Of a stretch of DNA of 64,000 bases, positions 19,816 to 28,914 are shown piece after piece. Positions within the stretch are counted from its first letter, which is position 1; each line of letters begins with the position of its first letter. This stretch comes from Opitutaceae bacterium (GTDB taxonomy: Bacteria; Verrucomicrobiota; Verrucomicrobiia; Opitutales; Coraliomargaritaceae), in contig JBPOFY010000012.1 of NCBI GenBank assembly GCA_051252375.1, forward strand, positions 1 through 64,000, given 5' to 3'. The notes beneath the pieces are model-generated. The model was not told the DNA's origin and did no database searches. It saw only the letters and a list, made by a program, of their open reading frames with translations. A program made the position numbers and the translations under genes.

Positions 19816-21000
19816 TTACGCTTTCACCAGTGCGGCTGCGTAAAATCCATCATAGCCAGTGACTGCGGGCGAGACGATGCATTCTTCGACGAGGCTGAAA
19901 TTACCTCCTGCGATGAGTTGATCCACTGCGGCGCGATTCTCAGATGGCAGGACGGAGCATGTGGCATAGACCAATCGTCCGCCAGGTTTCAACATCTGGG
20001 TGTAGCTTGCGAGGAGCTCGGCTTGAGTCGCACGCACTTTCTGCAATTGATCGGCGGTGAGACGCCACTTGAGATCGGGTTGTCGCTTTAATGTGCCGAG
20101 ACCGGAGCAGGGGGAATCGATCAAAAGACCGTCTGCGGCTTCGCGGTATGTCTCTATCGTGTCAGGTGTGATGACTTGTGTTTCGATACACTTGGAGGCT
20201 CTGGCGCGTTGCGCGCGTCGCTCTAGCTCTTGTAACTTCCGTGGATGGATATCCATGGCAATGATGCGCCCCTCGTTTTGCATCAGTGCTGCGAGATGCA
20301 GTGTCTTGCCGCCGGCGCCTGCGCACGTATCGATAATAAAGTCACCGGTTTGCGGTTTGAGTAGCGGCGCAATCATTTGTGATCCGGCGTCCTGTATCTC
20401 GACGCGACCATCCATACGAACTGATTTGGGAATGGTTTTACCCGGCAACAGAGCCAAGGTGTGAGGTAGCCCTTCGACAGCTTCGGCGGTGATGTGATAC
20501 TCCGATGCCAGCCATTCGATCGCTGCCGACGGGCTGGTCTTCAAGGTGTTGACGCGCAGGTAGACGCGGGTGCGTTGATTGAGCGCGGTGATCTCGTTGT
20601 CCCATGTTTCACCGAGCTCTGCTTGCCCAAGGGCATCCAACCAATCAGGGATAGATTCGCGAATGGTGCGGGGTTGCTCGGCGAGTAAGCCCTCTCGTGT
20701 GCGCATCTCGTCGGAGGTGGCACCGGGATGCTCCCACCAGTCTGGTAGTTCAAAGCCCATACGCACCCATTGAGCAGCGCAGAGCGCAGGGACCTCTTCG
20801 CTCTCGACCAAAAATTGGAGGGTCCGTCGCCAGCGGATCACTTCAAAGACTGTTTCAGCGATAAAGCTGCGGTCGCGCTTGCCCCATTTCGGGTGTGACT
20901 CGAATGCCTTGGCTAGCGCATGATCCACCACTTTGCCTTCGTTCAGGGCAGACTGAATAATTTCGGCGGCGGCGTTGGCCAAGATGCGGTGCATTCTCAT
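19816..21000 (-). CDS. RsmB/NOL1/NOP2/Sun family RNA m5C methyltransferase
   Basis: IQDAGSQ, DTCAGAGGKT, DSPCSGLG, YATCS. Confidence 0.92.
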   Translation of the reverse strand: MRMHRILANAAAEIIQSALNEGKVVDHALAKAFESHPKWGKRDRSFIAETVFEVIRWRRTLQFLVESEEVPALCAAQWVRMGFELPDWWEHPGATSDEMRTREGLLAEQPRTIRESIPDWLDALGQAELGETWDNEITALNQRTRVYLRVNTLKTSPSAAIEWLASEYHITAEAVEGLPHTLALLPGKTIPKSVRMDGRVEIQDAGSQMIAPLLKPQTGDFIIDTCAGAGGKTLHLAALMQNEGRIIAMDIHPRKLQELERRAQRARASKCIETQVITPDTIETYREAADGLLIDSPCSGLGTLKRQPDLKWRLTADQLQKVRATQAELLASYTQMLKPGGRLVYATCSVLPSENRAAVDQLIAGGNFSLVEECIVSPAVTGYDGFYAAALVKA

Positions 21001-21130
21001 AGGTCGTGATTTTTCTGAAAGTGGAGCGCATTGCAATTGTAAGGGGGCGCTAATTTTCTCGTGTTACGTATATATCAGCTTCTGATTTGAAGATTGAAAC
21101 TTTTTGCTGTAGTTAACCATTAGATTAATT

Positions 21131-22051
21131 ATGCGCACTCTAACTTGTATTGCTCTATTTCTCGGCTGTTGGTTTAGCGGTCTATCGGCGGCATCTGTAT
21201 TACTCGATGTTAAAGGTGAGTCTTATCCGATCCCGGTAAAAGTATACTTGCCGACCGATTTAGCAGAGCCCGCACCTGTGGTGTTCTTTTCGCATGGCCT
21301 CGGTGGCTCGCGAGAGGGGAATGTCTATTTAGGAGAGCATTGGTCGGATGCCGGCTATGTGGTGGTCTTTGTGCAACACCCCGGCAGTGACAAATCGGTT
21401 TGGGAGGACGCACCGCTTTTCAAGCGTGGTCAAGCGCTTAAGAGTGGAGCCTCAGCGGAGCAGTTTTTTAAGCGTATAAACGATGTGAAGCGGGTATTGG
21501 ATCATCTGGAAGATTCTGAAACTGAGCTGGGGCGTTTACTTGAAGGAAAAGTGAATACAGAGCGTATGGCGATGACAGGGCACAGTTTCGGTGCAGTGAC
21601 GTCGCAGGCTTTGATGGGGCAGCGGTTTGAGAAGTTTGGTGTCCTTAGTTATCTAGAAGAGCGCTTTGATTGCTTTATTCTAATGAGCCCATCGCAAAGC
21701 ACGAAATTGGACGACGCGAAGGCTTTTGCCGGAGTCAAGGCACCGGTGCTCTGTATGACAGGCACTAAAGATACGAGTCCGATCCGGAAAGAAGTGACAG
21801 CGGAAAGCCGTCAACTAGTCTATGCCAACATAGGATCGGCAGAGGCTTACCAAGTGGTTTTTGATAAAGGTGCCCATTCGATCTTCGGCGACTATCGAAA
21901 GAATGATGCGCGTTATCATAAAGCGATTCTTCCGCTCACCACTGCTTTTCTCGATACGTATCTGAAAGACGACACTGCTGCCCGTGGATGGTTGCGTGGC
22001 GAAGAAGTGCGTGAAGTGCTCGTGCCTAAAGATCTGTGGCAAGTGCGCTAA
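21131..22051 (+). CDS. Secreted alpha/beta hydrolase
   Basis: FSHGLGGS, QHPGS, GHSFG nucleophile, TGTKD, AHSIF. Confidence 0.85.
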   Translation: MRTLTCIALFLGCWFSGLSAASVLLDVKGESYPIPVKVYLPTDLAEPAPVVFFSHGLGGSREGNVYLGEHWSDAGYVVVFVQHPGSDKSVWEDAPLFKRGQALKSGASAEQFFKRINDVKRVLDHLEDSETELGRLLEGKVNTERMAMTGHSFGAVTSQALMGQRFEKFGVLSYLEERFDCFILMSPSQSTKLDDAKAFAGVKAPVLCMTGTKDTSPIRKEVTAESRQLVYANIGSAEAYQVVFDKGAHSIFGDYRKNDARYHKAILPLTTAFLDTYLKDDTAARGWLRGEEVREVLVPKDLWQVR

Positions 22052-22064
22052 GGCTGTTTATGAC

Positions 22065-22088
22065 GACAGACAGGAATGTCTGTCTCAC
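22065..22088 (-). repeat. Single REP-like hairpin between convergent genes
   Basis: Minus strand GTGA-GACAGACA-TTCC-TGTCTGTC. Confidence 0.65.
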
Positions 22089-22092
22089 GAGT

Positions 22093-22857
22093 TTATATCT
22101 GACAGTTCTCCAGTGCGTGCTGTAGCGCACTGAGCAGCGTCTTCTCGATCTCGGTTTGGCTCTGCTTGGCTTGGGTTTCTTTGGTGGCGAGCCAGGTAGT
22201 GGTGAGCGCGGCGATGACGTTGCCATTGGCGCCTTTAACCGGGATGCCTAAATCGTAAACACCAGCGTAGAGGTTACTTTCCATTTTTTCGAAGCCATTG
22301 CTTCGTATGGCTTCGAGGCGTTCGTGTAACCAAGTTAACTTTTTTGGGCTCAGCGAATTTCTTTGGAGGAAGCTGTTGAGCTCATCTTTGGGTAGACCTG
22401 AAAGTAGGATGCGACCCGAGACGGTTTCGACAGGATCTTGATGTTGTCCAATCTGGAGACTGATACGTGCGAGCTTTGGGCTCTCGACTTGAGCGATCAC
22501 CACCATTTGGCTTTCTTGGAGGAGGCTGAGGTGCACAGACTCTTGGGTGGCATCGACAAAGGCATACATCGCGGGGCGTAGGACTATTTCCAAGTCGCGA
22601 TAGGGTGGGTAGCGTAGCGCCATCCTATACAGTTTGCTGCTTAAGGAGTAGCCGCCCTGCGCGCTGCGGATCAAGTAGCCCGAATTATGTAGCACCGTGA
22701 CCATGCGCTGGATCTCGGACACGCTTCTACCCATCTCATTCGCTAGCTGCGAGAGGGTGAGTGGCTCAGGTTGATTGCTGAGACATTCCAAGATCAGTAA
22801 GCCCTTTTCCAGGGCGGGCGCTTGGCTCTTTTCGTTTGACTTATTGTTTTTGATAAT
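22093..22857 (-). CDS. IclR family transcriptional regulator (start codon uncertain)
   Basis: APALEKGLLILECLS..LTLSQLANEMGRSVSEIQRMV HTH; ESVHLS, TVSGRILLS, VIAALT effector domain. The frame stays open upstream of TTG 22791; the end coordinate assumes ATT at 22857. Confidence 0.85.
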   Translation of the reverse strand: MIKNNKSNEKSQAPALEKGLLILECLSNQPEPLTLSQLANEMGRSVSEIQRMVTVLHNSGYLIRSAQGGYSLSSKLYRMALRYPPYRDLEIVLRPAMYAFVDATQESVHLSLLQESQMVVIAQVESPKLARISLQIGQHQDPVETVSGRILLSGLPKDELNSFLQRNSLSPKKLTWLHERLEAIRSNGFEKMESNLYAGVYDLGIPVKGANGNVIAALTTTWLATKETQAKQSQTEIEKTLLSALQHALENCQI

Positions 22858-22897
22858 AGTTTTTATATTTAGATTAATCGTTAGGGGTGTGTCGACT

Positions 22898-22913
22898 TTA
22901 TTGTATATAATAA
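22898..22913. promoter_or_regulatory. Candidate IclR operator overlapping a TATAAT -10 box
   Basis: Near-palindrome TTATTGTATATAATAA in the divergent intergenic region; TATAAT at 22906-22911. Confidence 0.4.
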
Positions 22914-23021
22914 TGCAGTTGTGGGAGGCTTCTCAAGCTCGATTAAACAGACAATCTGATTGTTGCGACGTTGCCTAGGGTCGTAGCATGACTACCACTC
23001 AGACCGCCTACCTACCCCCGC

Positions 23022-24701
23022 ATGGAAAATCCAAATACTGCCATTACTTCCGTGAGTTCCGAGATCGGAGCGATCGACGTTTCAATTATCATTTTATACA
23101 TTCTGGGCATTGTTGCTTTGGGCTGTTGGGCAGGCATCCGCAACAAGAAGGCGCATGCCGCAACCAAGGCGAACGACTATTTCCTCGCCGGTAGTTCTCT
23201 TAAATGGCCGGTGATCGGTCTTGCGCTTTTTGCGACGAATATCTCGACCGTGCACTTGGTCAGTTTGGCGCAAAGTGGTTTCGACTTTGGTCTAGCCTAC
23301 GGCAACTTCGAATGGATGGCGGTCTTCACGCTGTTGATCTTGGCACTCTTTTTCGCGCCGTTTTTTGTTCGTGCAAAGGTGGCGACACTGCCGGACTTTT
23401 TGGAGAAGCGCTATAGTCGTCCCAGTCGCGACATGTTGACCGTGCTATCGATTGTATCCGCAATCTTCATACACATTGGTTTCGCGCTCTTTACCGGGGC
23501 AGTTGTCCTGAAGGGTATGTTTGGTTTTCCGTTGGAGGCTAGTATCATTGGTGTAGCCTTATTGACAGGTCTCTACACTGTGGTGGGTGGCTTAATGGCA
23601 GTGGTGATTACCGAGTCGATTCAGACGATAATCCTACTGCTGGGCGCGATCATTTTGACTGCGATCTCATGGTTTAAGGTCGGGGGTTGGGATGGTATGG
23701 CGATGTCGGTTGATCCGGTGCACCTGACGATGCTGCGCCCGACTGGAGATAGTTCGGGTTTGCCGTGGTATTCTGTGCTACTTGGTTTTCCTGTGCTGGG
23801 TATTTGGTATTGGTGCACCGACCAGACGATTGTGCAGCGTGTGTTGGCAGCAAAAGATGAGAATCAAGCGCGCTTAGGTGCGATCTTCGCAGGCTTCATC
23901 AAAATTTTACCGGTCTTCATTTTTATTCTTCCAGGTCTCATGTGCTCGGCCATGTTGGAGCAGGGCATTCTCGATGTGAGCCAGTTTCCCATGAAGTTGG
24001 TGGATGGCGAAATGGTGAAAGACACGAGTGGCACGTATGCCTTCATGGTGCGTGAACTTTTGCCTGTGGGCGTGAAGGGGATCGTGGCGGCGGCTCTGTT
24101 GTCCGCTTTGATGAGCACGGTTTCGGGTGCTTTGAATTCGATCTCCACGCTCTTCAGCTATGATCTACTCAAGCGTGTGCGTCCGGATACTTCGGATAAA
24201 ACGCTCGTTCTCGCCGGACGTATTGTCGCAGTGTTGGCGATGTTTGTCGCGATCTTGTGGTCGACCAATATCGATCGCTTTGGGAATTTGATGGAAGGGT
24301 TTAACTCGGTCATCGGCAATGTGGCGCCACCGATTACGACCGTTTTCCTGTTTGGTGTCTTTTGGAAGCGTGCCTCGGCCTTCGCAGCACAGTGGACGCT
24401 CTACATCGGCACAGCAATGGGCGGCACCGTCTTCGCATGTGATATGGTCGGCTATAAAATCTTTGGTAACACTCCGTTCCTTATGGTGCCGTTTTATCTT
24501 TTCGTGATCTGCAGTGTGGTGATGACAGTGTTGAGCTATTGGAAGCCGCATGTTCACACGGAGGAGAGTTCGGTCTTGTTTTGGAAGACTCCACTAGAGC
24601 CGCTCATGCTTTCGGGGGGAGGTTCGGGTTTGAAAGATTATAGGGTCTTGAGCATTATTTTATTCGTCACCATGGTGGGGCTCTTCTATACGTTCCGCTA
24701 G
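23022..24701 (+). CDS. Sodium:solute symporter (SGLT-like sugar transporter)
   Basis: DYFLAGSSL, ATNIS, TLPDFLEKRY, YWCTDQTIVQRVLAAK, SALMST. Confidence 0.93.
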   Translation: MENPNTAITSVSSEIGAIDVSIIILYILGIVALGCWAGIRNKKAHAATKANDYFLAGSSLKWPVIGLALFATNISTVHLVSLAQSGFDFGLAYGNFEWMAVFTLLILALFFAPFFVRAKVATLPDFLEKRYSRPSRDMLTVLSIVSAIFIHIGFALFTGAVVLKGMFGFPLEASIIGVALLTGLYTVVGGLMAVVITESIQTIILLLGAIILTAISWFKVGGWDGMAMSVDPVHLTMLRPTGDSSGLPWYSVLLGFPVLGIWYWCTDQTIVQRVLAAKDENQARLGAIFAGFIKILPVFIFILPGLMCSAMLEQGILDVSQFPMKLVDGEMVKDTSGTYAFMVRELLPVGVKGIVAAALLSALMSTVSGALNSISTLFSYDLLKRVRPDTSDKTLVLAGRIVAVLAMFVAILWSTNIDRFGNLMEGFNSVIGNVAPPITTVFLFGVFWKRASAFAAQWTLYIGTAMGGTVFACDMVGYKIFGNTPFLMVPFYLFVICSVVMTVLSYWKPHVHTEESSVLFWKTPLEPLMLSGGGSGLKDYRVLSIILFVTMVGLFYTFR

Positions 24702-24754
24702 TTCACCGAATTTATCTTTCATCTAAACGCGACTTCTCGACTTAGAGTATACCC

Positions 24755-25771
24755 ATGAGACCTATCCAAGGCATTTACGTTCCGACAGCGGTTCCTTACC
24801 TCGATAATCAGAAGATTAACGAGGGCGAGTTGCGCAAAATTGTATCTTGGCTCATCGACAAAGGAGTGAGCGGTATTTACCCGAATGGTAGTATCGGAGA
24901 GTTTATTCGCCTGAGCTTTGAGGAGCGCAAGCGTGTCGTATCGATCATTGCCGACGAAGCGAGAGGGCGGGTGCCTATTCTTGCAGGAGCCGCAGAGCCC
25001 AATGTCGATGCTGTGATTGAGATGTGCAACTACTCTGCGGATCTTGGTTGTGAGGCAGTTTCGATTACCGGTCCGTATTACTATCAAGTTAGCCAAGAGA
25101 GCATCGAGGCTTACTTCCGTGAGATCGCAGCGCGTTCGCCGATCGATATCGTGATTTACAATATTCCGGCTTTCGCCAATGAAATTTCCGTTCCTGTGCT
25201 CAAGCGTCTTGCGCTGGATTGCCCGCGTATTGTTGGCACCAAAGACAGCAGTAAGGACATGTGTCGTTTCATTCACGTTTTGAATGAGATCAAACCACAG
25301 CGACCTGAGTTTTCCGCTTTGGTTGGGTGGGAAGAGTTGCTCGTCCCCACCATGATGATGGGCGGCGATGGTGGCACGCTCTCCACTGCAGGTGTCGCTC
25401 CCGAAGTGATCATGAAGCTCTACGAAACCGCTAAGGCGAAAGACTGGGAGAAGGCAAAGGAGTTGCAGTTTAAAATTCTCGAATTGTTCAATGCGATGAT
25501 TACGGCTCCTAACTTTCCTTCAGGTTTCCGAGCTGGTTATGAGATGCGTGGCTTTTCGATCGGTCCTGCACGTTATCCGCTATCAAGTGCTGAAGCTGAA
25601 CAAATGCAGGAAGTCCGTAATCACGTGGCCTGCTTGTTGACCGATTGCGGGTTCTCTGAAGCAGCCGCTTCTTGTAAGACTCGGAACTGCACATCGAACG
25701 TCATCTCCGGTGCTCCTATCGATGTCGAAGCCATCGTGAAGTCCGTGATGGACAGTCTGAATCAGAAATAA
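24755..25771 (+). CDS. DHDPS/NAL-family class I aldolase with C-terminal extension
   Basis: NGSIGEF, YNIP, Schiff-base KDSS; about 40 extra residues ending IDVEAIVKSVMDSLNQK. Confidence 0.9.
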   Translation: MRPIQGIYVPTAVPYLDNQKINEGELRKIVSWLIDKGVSGIYPNGSIGEFIRLSFEERKRVVSIIADEARGRVPILAGAAEPNVDAVIEMCNYSADLGCEAVSITGPYYYQVSQESIEAYFREIAARSPIDIVIYNIPAFANEISVPVLKRLALDCPRIVGTKDSSKDMCRFIHVLNEIKPQRPEFSALVGWEELLVPTMMMGGDGGTLSTAGVAPEVIMKLYETAKAKDWEKAKELQFKILELFNAMITAPNFPSGFRAGYEMRGFSIGPARYPLSSAEAEQMQEVRNHVACLLTDCGFSEAAASCKTRNCTSNVISGAPIDVEAIVKSVMDSLNQK

Positions 25772-25908
25772 TTTTGGTTGTAGTTACATCCGTTACTCCA
25801 AGTGGGAGTCTTCGATACCCACCAACATCTCATTTGCCCTGAGATGTTTGATTGCCCCTGACTTGAATACACGAAGCGGTATGCCGCGAAGCTATATCAT
25901 ATACTATC

Positions 25909-27495
25909 ATGAAACCTCTCCCCATTCTCACCTTAGGCTTAGGTCTCCTTCTTAATATCTCCTGTGCGCATAACTGGCCGCAAGCTTCTGGTGCGAACGG
26001 TGATTGGACAGCGAAGACCGGAGGTAATGCCCCCACTAAGTTCAACGTCGCGACCGGAGAGAATGTGCTCTGGACGAAGCCTTTGCTTGAGGGCGGTCAG
26101 AGCGGTATCGCAGTTTGGGAGGATCGAATCTTTCTCACGATTATGAAGCCCTTCGGGCTCGATGGGCAAGACACGCCCAAAGGTGCCACCATTCACGCAC
26201 TTTGTATCGACGCGAAGACGCAAAAAACTCTTTGGCAGTATGAGGTCGTAGGCAGCGCGCCGAGTATGTATATGTATGGTTTCAGCGATTCGTCCACGCC
26301 GACGCCGATTACAGATGGCGAGCTTGTGTGGTTCACCAATGCTAGTGGCAAAGTCGTCTGCTTAAATATGGAGGGCGATCTTGTTTGGGAGCGTAGTTGG
26401 CGCTCCGACAACGAAGTGCTTAACCCGAAGAGGAAGTTCCCCTTCAATAAACAGTTCGAGCCCTTCCTCGTCGGCGACACCTTTGTTAATATGGAGCCTT
26501 ACGATAGTGACGACGGCGTGCGCGAGCTTGGTTGGCATTATCTCTACGGACTCGATAGTAAAACAGGTGAGCTTAAGTGGATATCCGAGGACGGCTTGAC
26601 GCACTACAACACGCCATGCTTTTCAACCGATGCCCTTGGCAAGCCAACTGCGATGGTCGGTCGGGGAGGGCACCACGGCGTCCCAGAGAAACCTACGGGT
26701 TACTCAATGATCGATCTCAGCGATGGATCGCTTATCTGGCAGCAGCAGTATCCGCAGATCAAAGGCTCCGCCCTCTACAACGCCGCCTTCACTAAAGACT
26801 ATGCCGTCTGGATTTCTGAAACGGACAGCGCTGTCGTTCTTCTCGATCCAAAGACAGGTGAAGCGATTAAGAAGATCGACCTACGCAAGCAAGTTGACTT
26901 GCGCACCTTCGACCAAGGGAAAGGAGTCTATGTTTTGCAAAAAGACTTTGATCTCAGTCAGACCGAAAACCCTAATGTCTTTCCTGCGTGGTATACCAAT
27001 ATCATCGTAGGTGATCACCTTTACTTCATGTGTTTCAAGGATGAGTTTGTGGCACCGATGTTTAAAAAGAAGATGCAACTTTCGCCTCGTTATGCATTCG
27101 GTCGGGTGAACTTAAAAACCGACAAAATTGAATATCTTGAAGTGCCCGTCCATATCGACGACGAGGGCAGGTATCTCTGGCAAGAAGAGCTCAAGACCAG
27201 CGCGGAAAACTCCAGAGGTCTTTCGCCTACGCCCGACATACGTTCCAAGCGAGATGGCTGGTGGTGGTGTTTTAATGCCAATCCCATGCGTGTGAACGAC
27301 ACACTATATTTTACCACCATGATCGGCAACTGCTACACATTCGATACAACTGCTGAGGTCTTCGACCGGTCAGCTTTTATTGCGCTCAATCCACTCGGTA
27401 AGCGCAGCGAAAGCTGGTCCTTGAGCACGCCGACATACGCCAACGGTAAGCTTTACCACCGCACGATGAAAGAGCTCATCTGTGTGGGCGAGTAG
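25909..27495 (+). CDS. PQQ-like/BamB beta-propeller protein
   Basis: Signal peptide, NWPQASGANG, NVLWTKPL, STPTPITDGELV, STPTYANGKLYHRT. Confidence 0.85.
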   Translation: MKPLPILTLGLGLLLNISCAHNWPQASGANGDWTAKTGGNAPTKFNVATGENVLWTKPLLEGGQSGIAVWEDRIFLTIMKPFGLDGQDTPKGATIHALCIDAKTQKTLWQYEVVGSAPSMYMYGFSDSSTPTPITDGELVWFTNASGKVVCLNMEGDLVWERSWRSDNEVLNPKRKFPFNKQFEPFLVGDTFVNMEPYDSDDGVRELGWHYLYGLDSKTGELKWISEDGLTHYNTPCFSTDALGKPTAMVGRGGHHGVPEKPTGYSMIDLSDGSLIWQQQYPQIKGSALYNAAFTKDYAVWISETDSAVVLLDPKTGEAIKKIDLRKQVDLRTFDQGKGVYVLQKDFDLSQTENPNVFPAWYTNIIVGDHLYFMCFKDEFVAPMFKKKMQLSPRYAFGRVNLKTDKIEYLEVPVHIDDEGRYLWQEELKTSAENSRGLSPTPDIRSKRDGWWWCFNANPMRVNDTLYFTTMIGNCYTFDTTAEVFDRSAFIALNPLGKRSESWSLSTPTYANGKLYHRTMKELICVGE

Positions 27496-27566
27496 GTAGG
27501 GTTCGTTATCCTTAACGAACCGTTTGCATAGCTCTCGCTCGGCGCGATAAGGATATCGCGCTTACC
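27495..27566. repeat. REP-like inverted doublet, GTAG family, overlapping both convergent stop codons
   Basis: GGTAG-GGTTCGTTA-TCCT-TAACGAACC and, on the opposite strand, GGTAA-GCGCGATA-TCCT-TATCGCGC. Confidence 0.8.
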
Positions 27567-28914
27567 CCAACCCTTGAATCGTCATACTGCCCACCTTGTT
27601 AAAGTGTTCGTCTTCGATGCCGAACTTCTGAGCTAGAGTGAGGTGGAGATCCGCCAGTGGCTGGTTGCGGACATTGATATGGCGCCCCGGCTTGATCGTG
27701 CCCTTGCCTTTACCGGCAATGAGGATTGGAAGATTGTTCTTCTTGTGACCGTTGCCGTCTTTCATGCCGGAGCCGTAGAGAACGATCGAGTTATCCAATA
27801 GGCTGGAGCCATCCTCGTCGATCGACTTCATGCGCTCGAGGAAGTATTTGAATTGCTCGATATACCAGGTGCTGACTGTGGTGTATTGATCGACTGATTT
27901 CTTCTGCTCCTTGTGGTGAGAGATACCGTGGTGGTCTCCGGTTACGCCTTCGATAAAACTGAAGTTCTGACGACTGAAGCCGTGCGCGGTCATCAAAGTG
28001 CTAACGCGTGTGGTGTCGGTCCAAAGTGAGAGGATCATAATGTCCATCATGAGACGTAAGTGATCGGCACGACTGCGGGGGATGCCCGGTTCGGGTCGGA
28101 AAAAGTCCGACTCGCTTGGACTCGTCGGTGGGATCCAGCTACGTTCGGGCGGCAAGATGGTGCGGTCCAGTTGTGTTTCCACAGAGCGGACGCTGTCGAG
28201 GTATTCGTCGAGCTTGTGCTGGTCGAGGTAGCTGGCCTTGCGTTTCAGGCTCTTGGCATCTTCGAGCACGATATCGACAACACTCTTTTTTAGTTCGGCG
28301 CTCCGTTTTGCCTCGGGTCCAGAGTTGTCGCGAAAGAGACGATCGAAGGCGACACGAGGATTGATCTCGGGTGAGATACGGGTGGTCGGCGAGCTCCAGG
28401 AGACAGTGTTGGCCATGGATATTGGCTGACCGGCCCGACCCTGGCGTGGCGGCTCGGTGCCGAGAACGAGAGACTCAAAAGCGGTGTCGGTGCCGATTTG
28501 TTGCGCTATCTTCTGGTCGAGCGATGTTTCCGAACGCCCATTCATCACCGCATGTCCGGAGAGGAAGGCACTGGTCATGCCGACGTGGCCACCACCGGCG
28601 GTATTGTTGAGACCCGATACGACGAGTAGATCGTCGCGCATGCTTTCGAGTGGCTTGAGGATAGGGGAGAATTCGTAGTTGGTTCCTTCGCCGATTACGT
28701 CCCATGCTTTGGGATAAACACCGTTGGGCTGGAAAATACTAATGAAGCGAAGCGGTGCGCCGAGCGTGGATGCTGCGCTGACGCGGGCGGCTCCAGCTTT
28801 TGCGACCGTGGCGGCCTCTTCTGCCATGGCCATGATCTCTAGCTTTGGTAGGGCGAGCATGGCACCCATACCCCTAAGCATGGTGCGGCGAGAGATGTTC
28901 CATGATTTCCTCAT
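27562..28914 (-). CDS. DUF1552 (HxxSHH) family protein, Tat signal
   Basis: SRRTMLRG, PNGV, SLDQKIA, NPRVAFDRLF, HHGISHH, DGNGH. Confidence 0.92.
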   Translation of the reverse strand: MRKSWNISRRTMLRGMGAMLALPKLEIMAMAEEAATVAKAGAARVSAASTLGAPLRFISIFQPNGVYPKAWDVIGEGTNYEFSPILKPLESMRDDLLVVSGLNNTAGGGHVGMTSAFLSGHAVMNGRSETSLDQKIAQQIGTDTAFESLVLGTEPPRQGRAGQPISMANTVSWSSPTTRISPEINPRVAFDRLFRDNSGPEAKRSAELKKSVVDIVLEDAKSLKRKASYLDQHKLDEYLDSVRSVETQLDRTILPPERSWIPPTSPSESDFFRPEPGIPRSRADHLRLMMDIMILSLWTDTTRVSTLMTAHGFSRQNFSFIEGVTGDHHGISHHKEQKKSVDQYTTVSTWYIEQFKYFLERMKSIDEDGSSLLDNSIVLYGSGMKDGNGHKKNNLPILIAGKGKGTIKPGRHINVRNQPLADLHLTLAQKFGIEDEHFNKVGSMTIQGLG

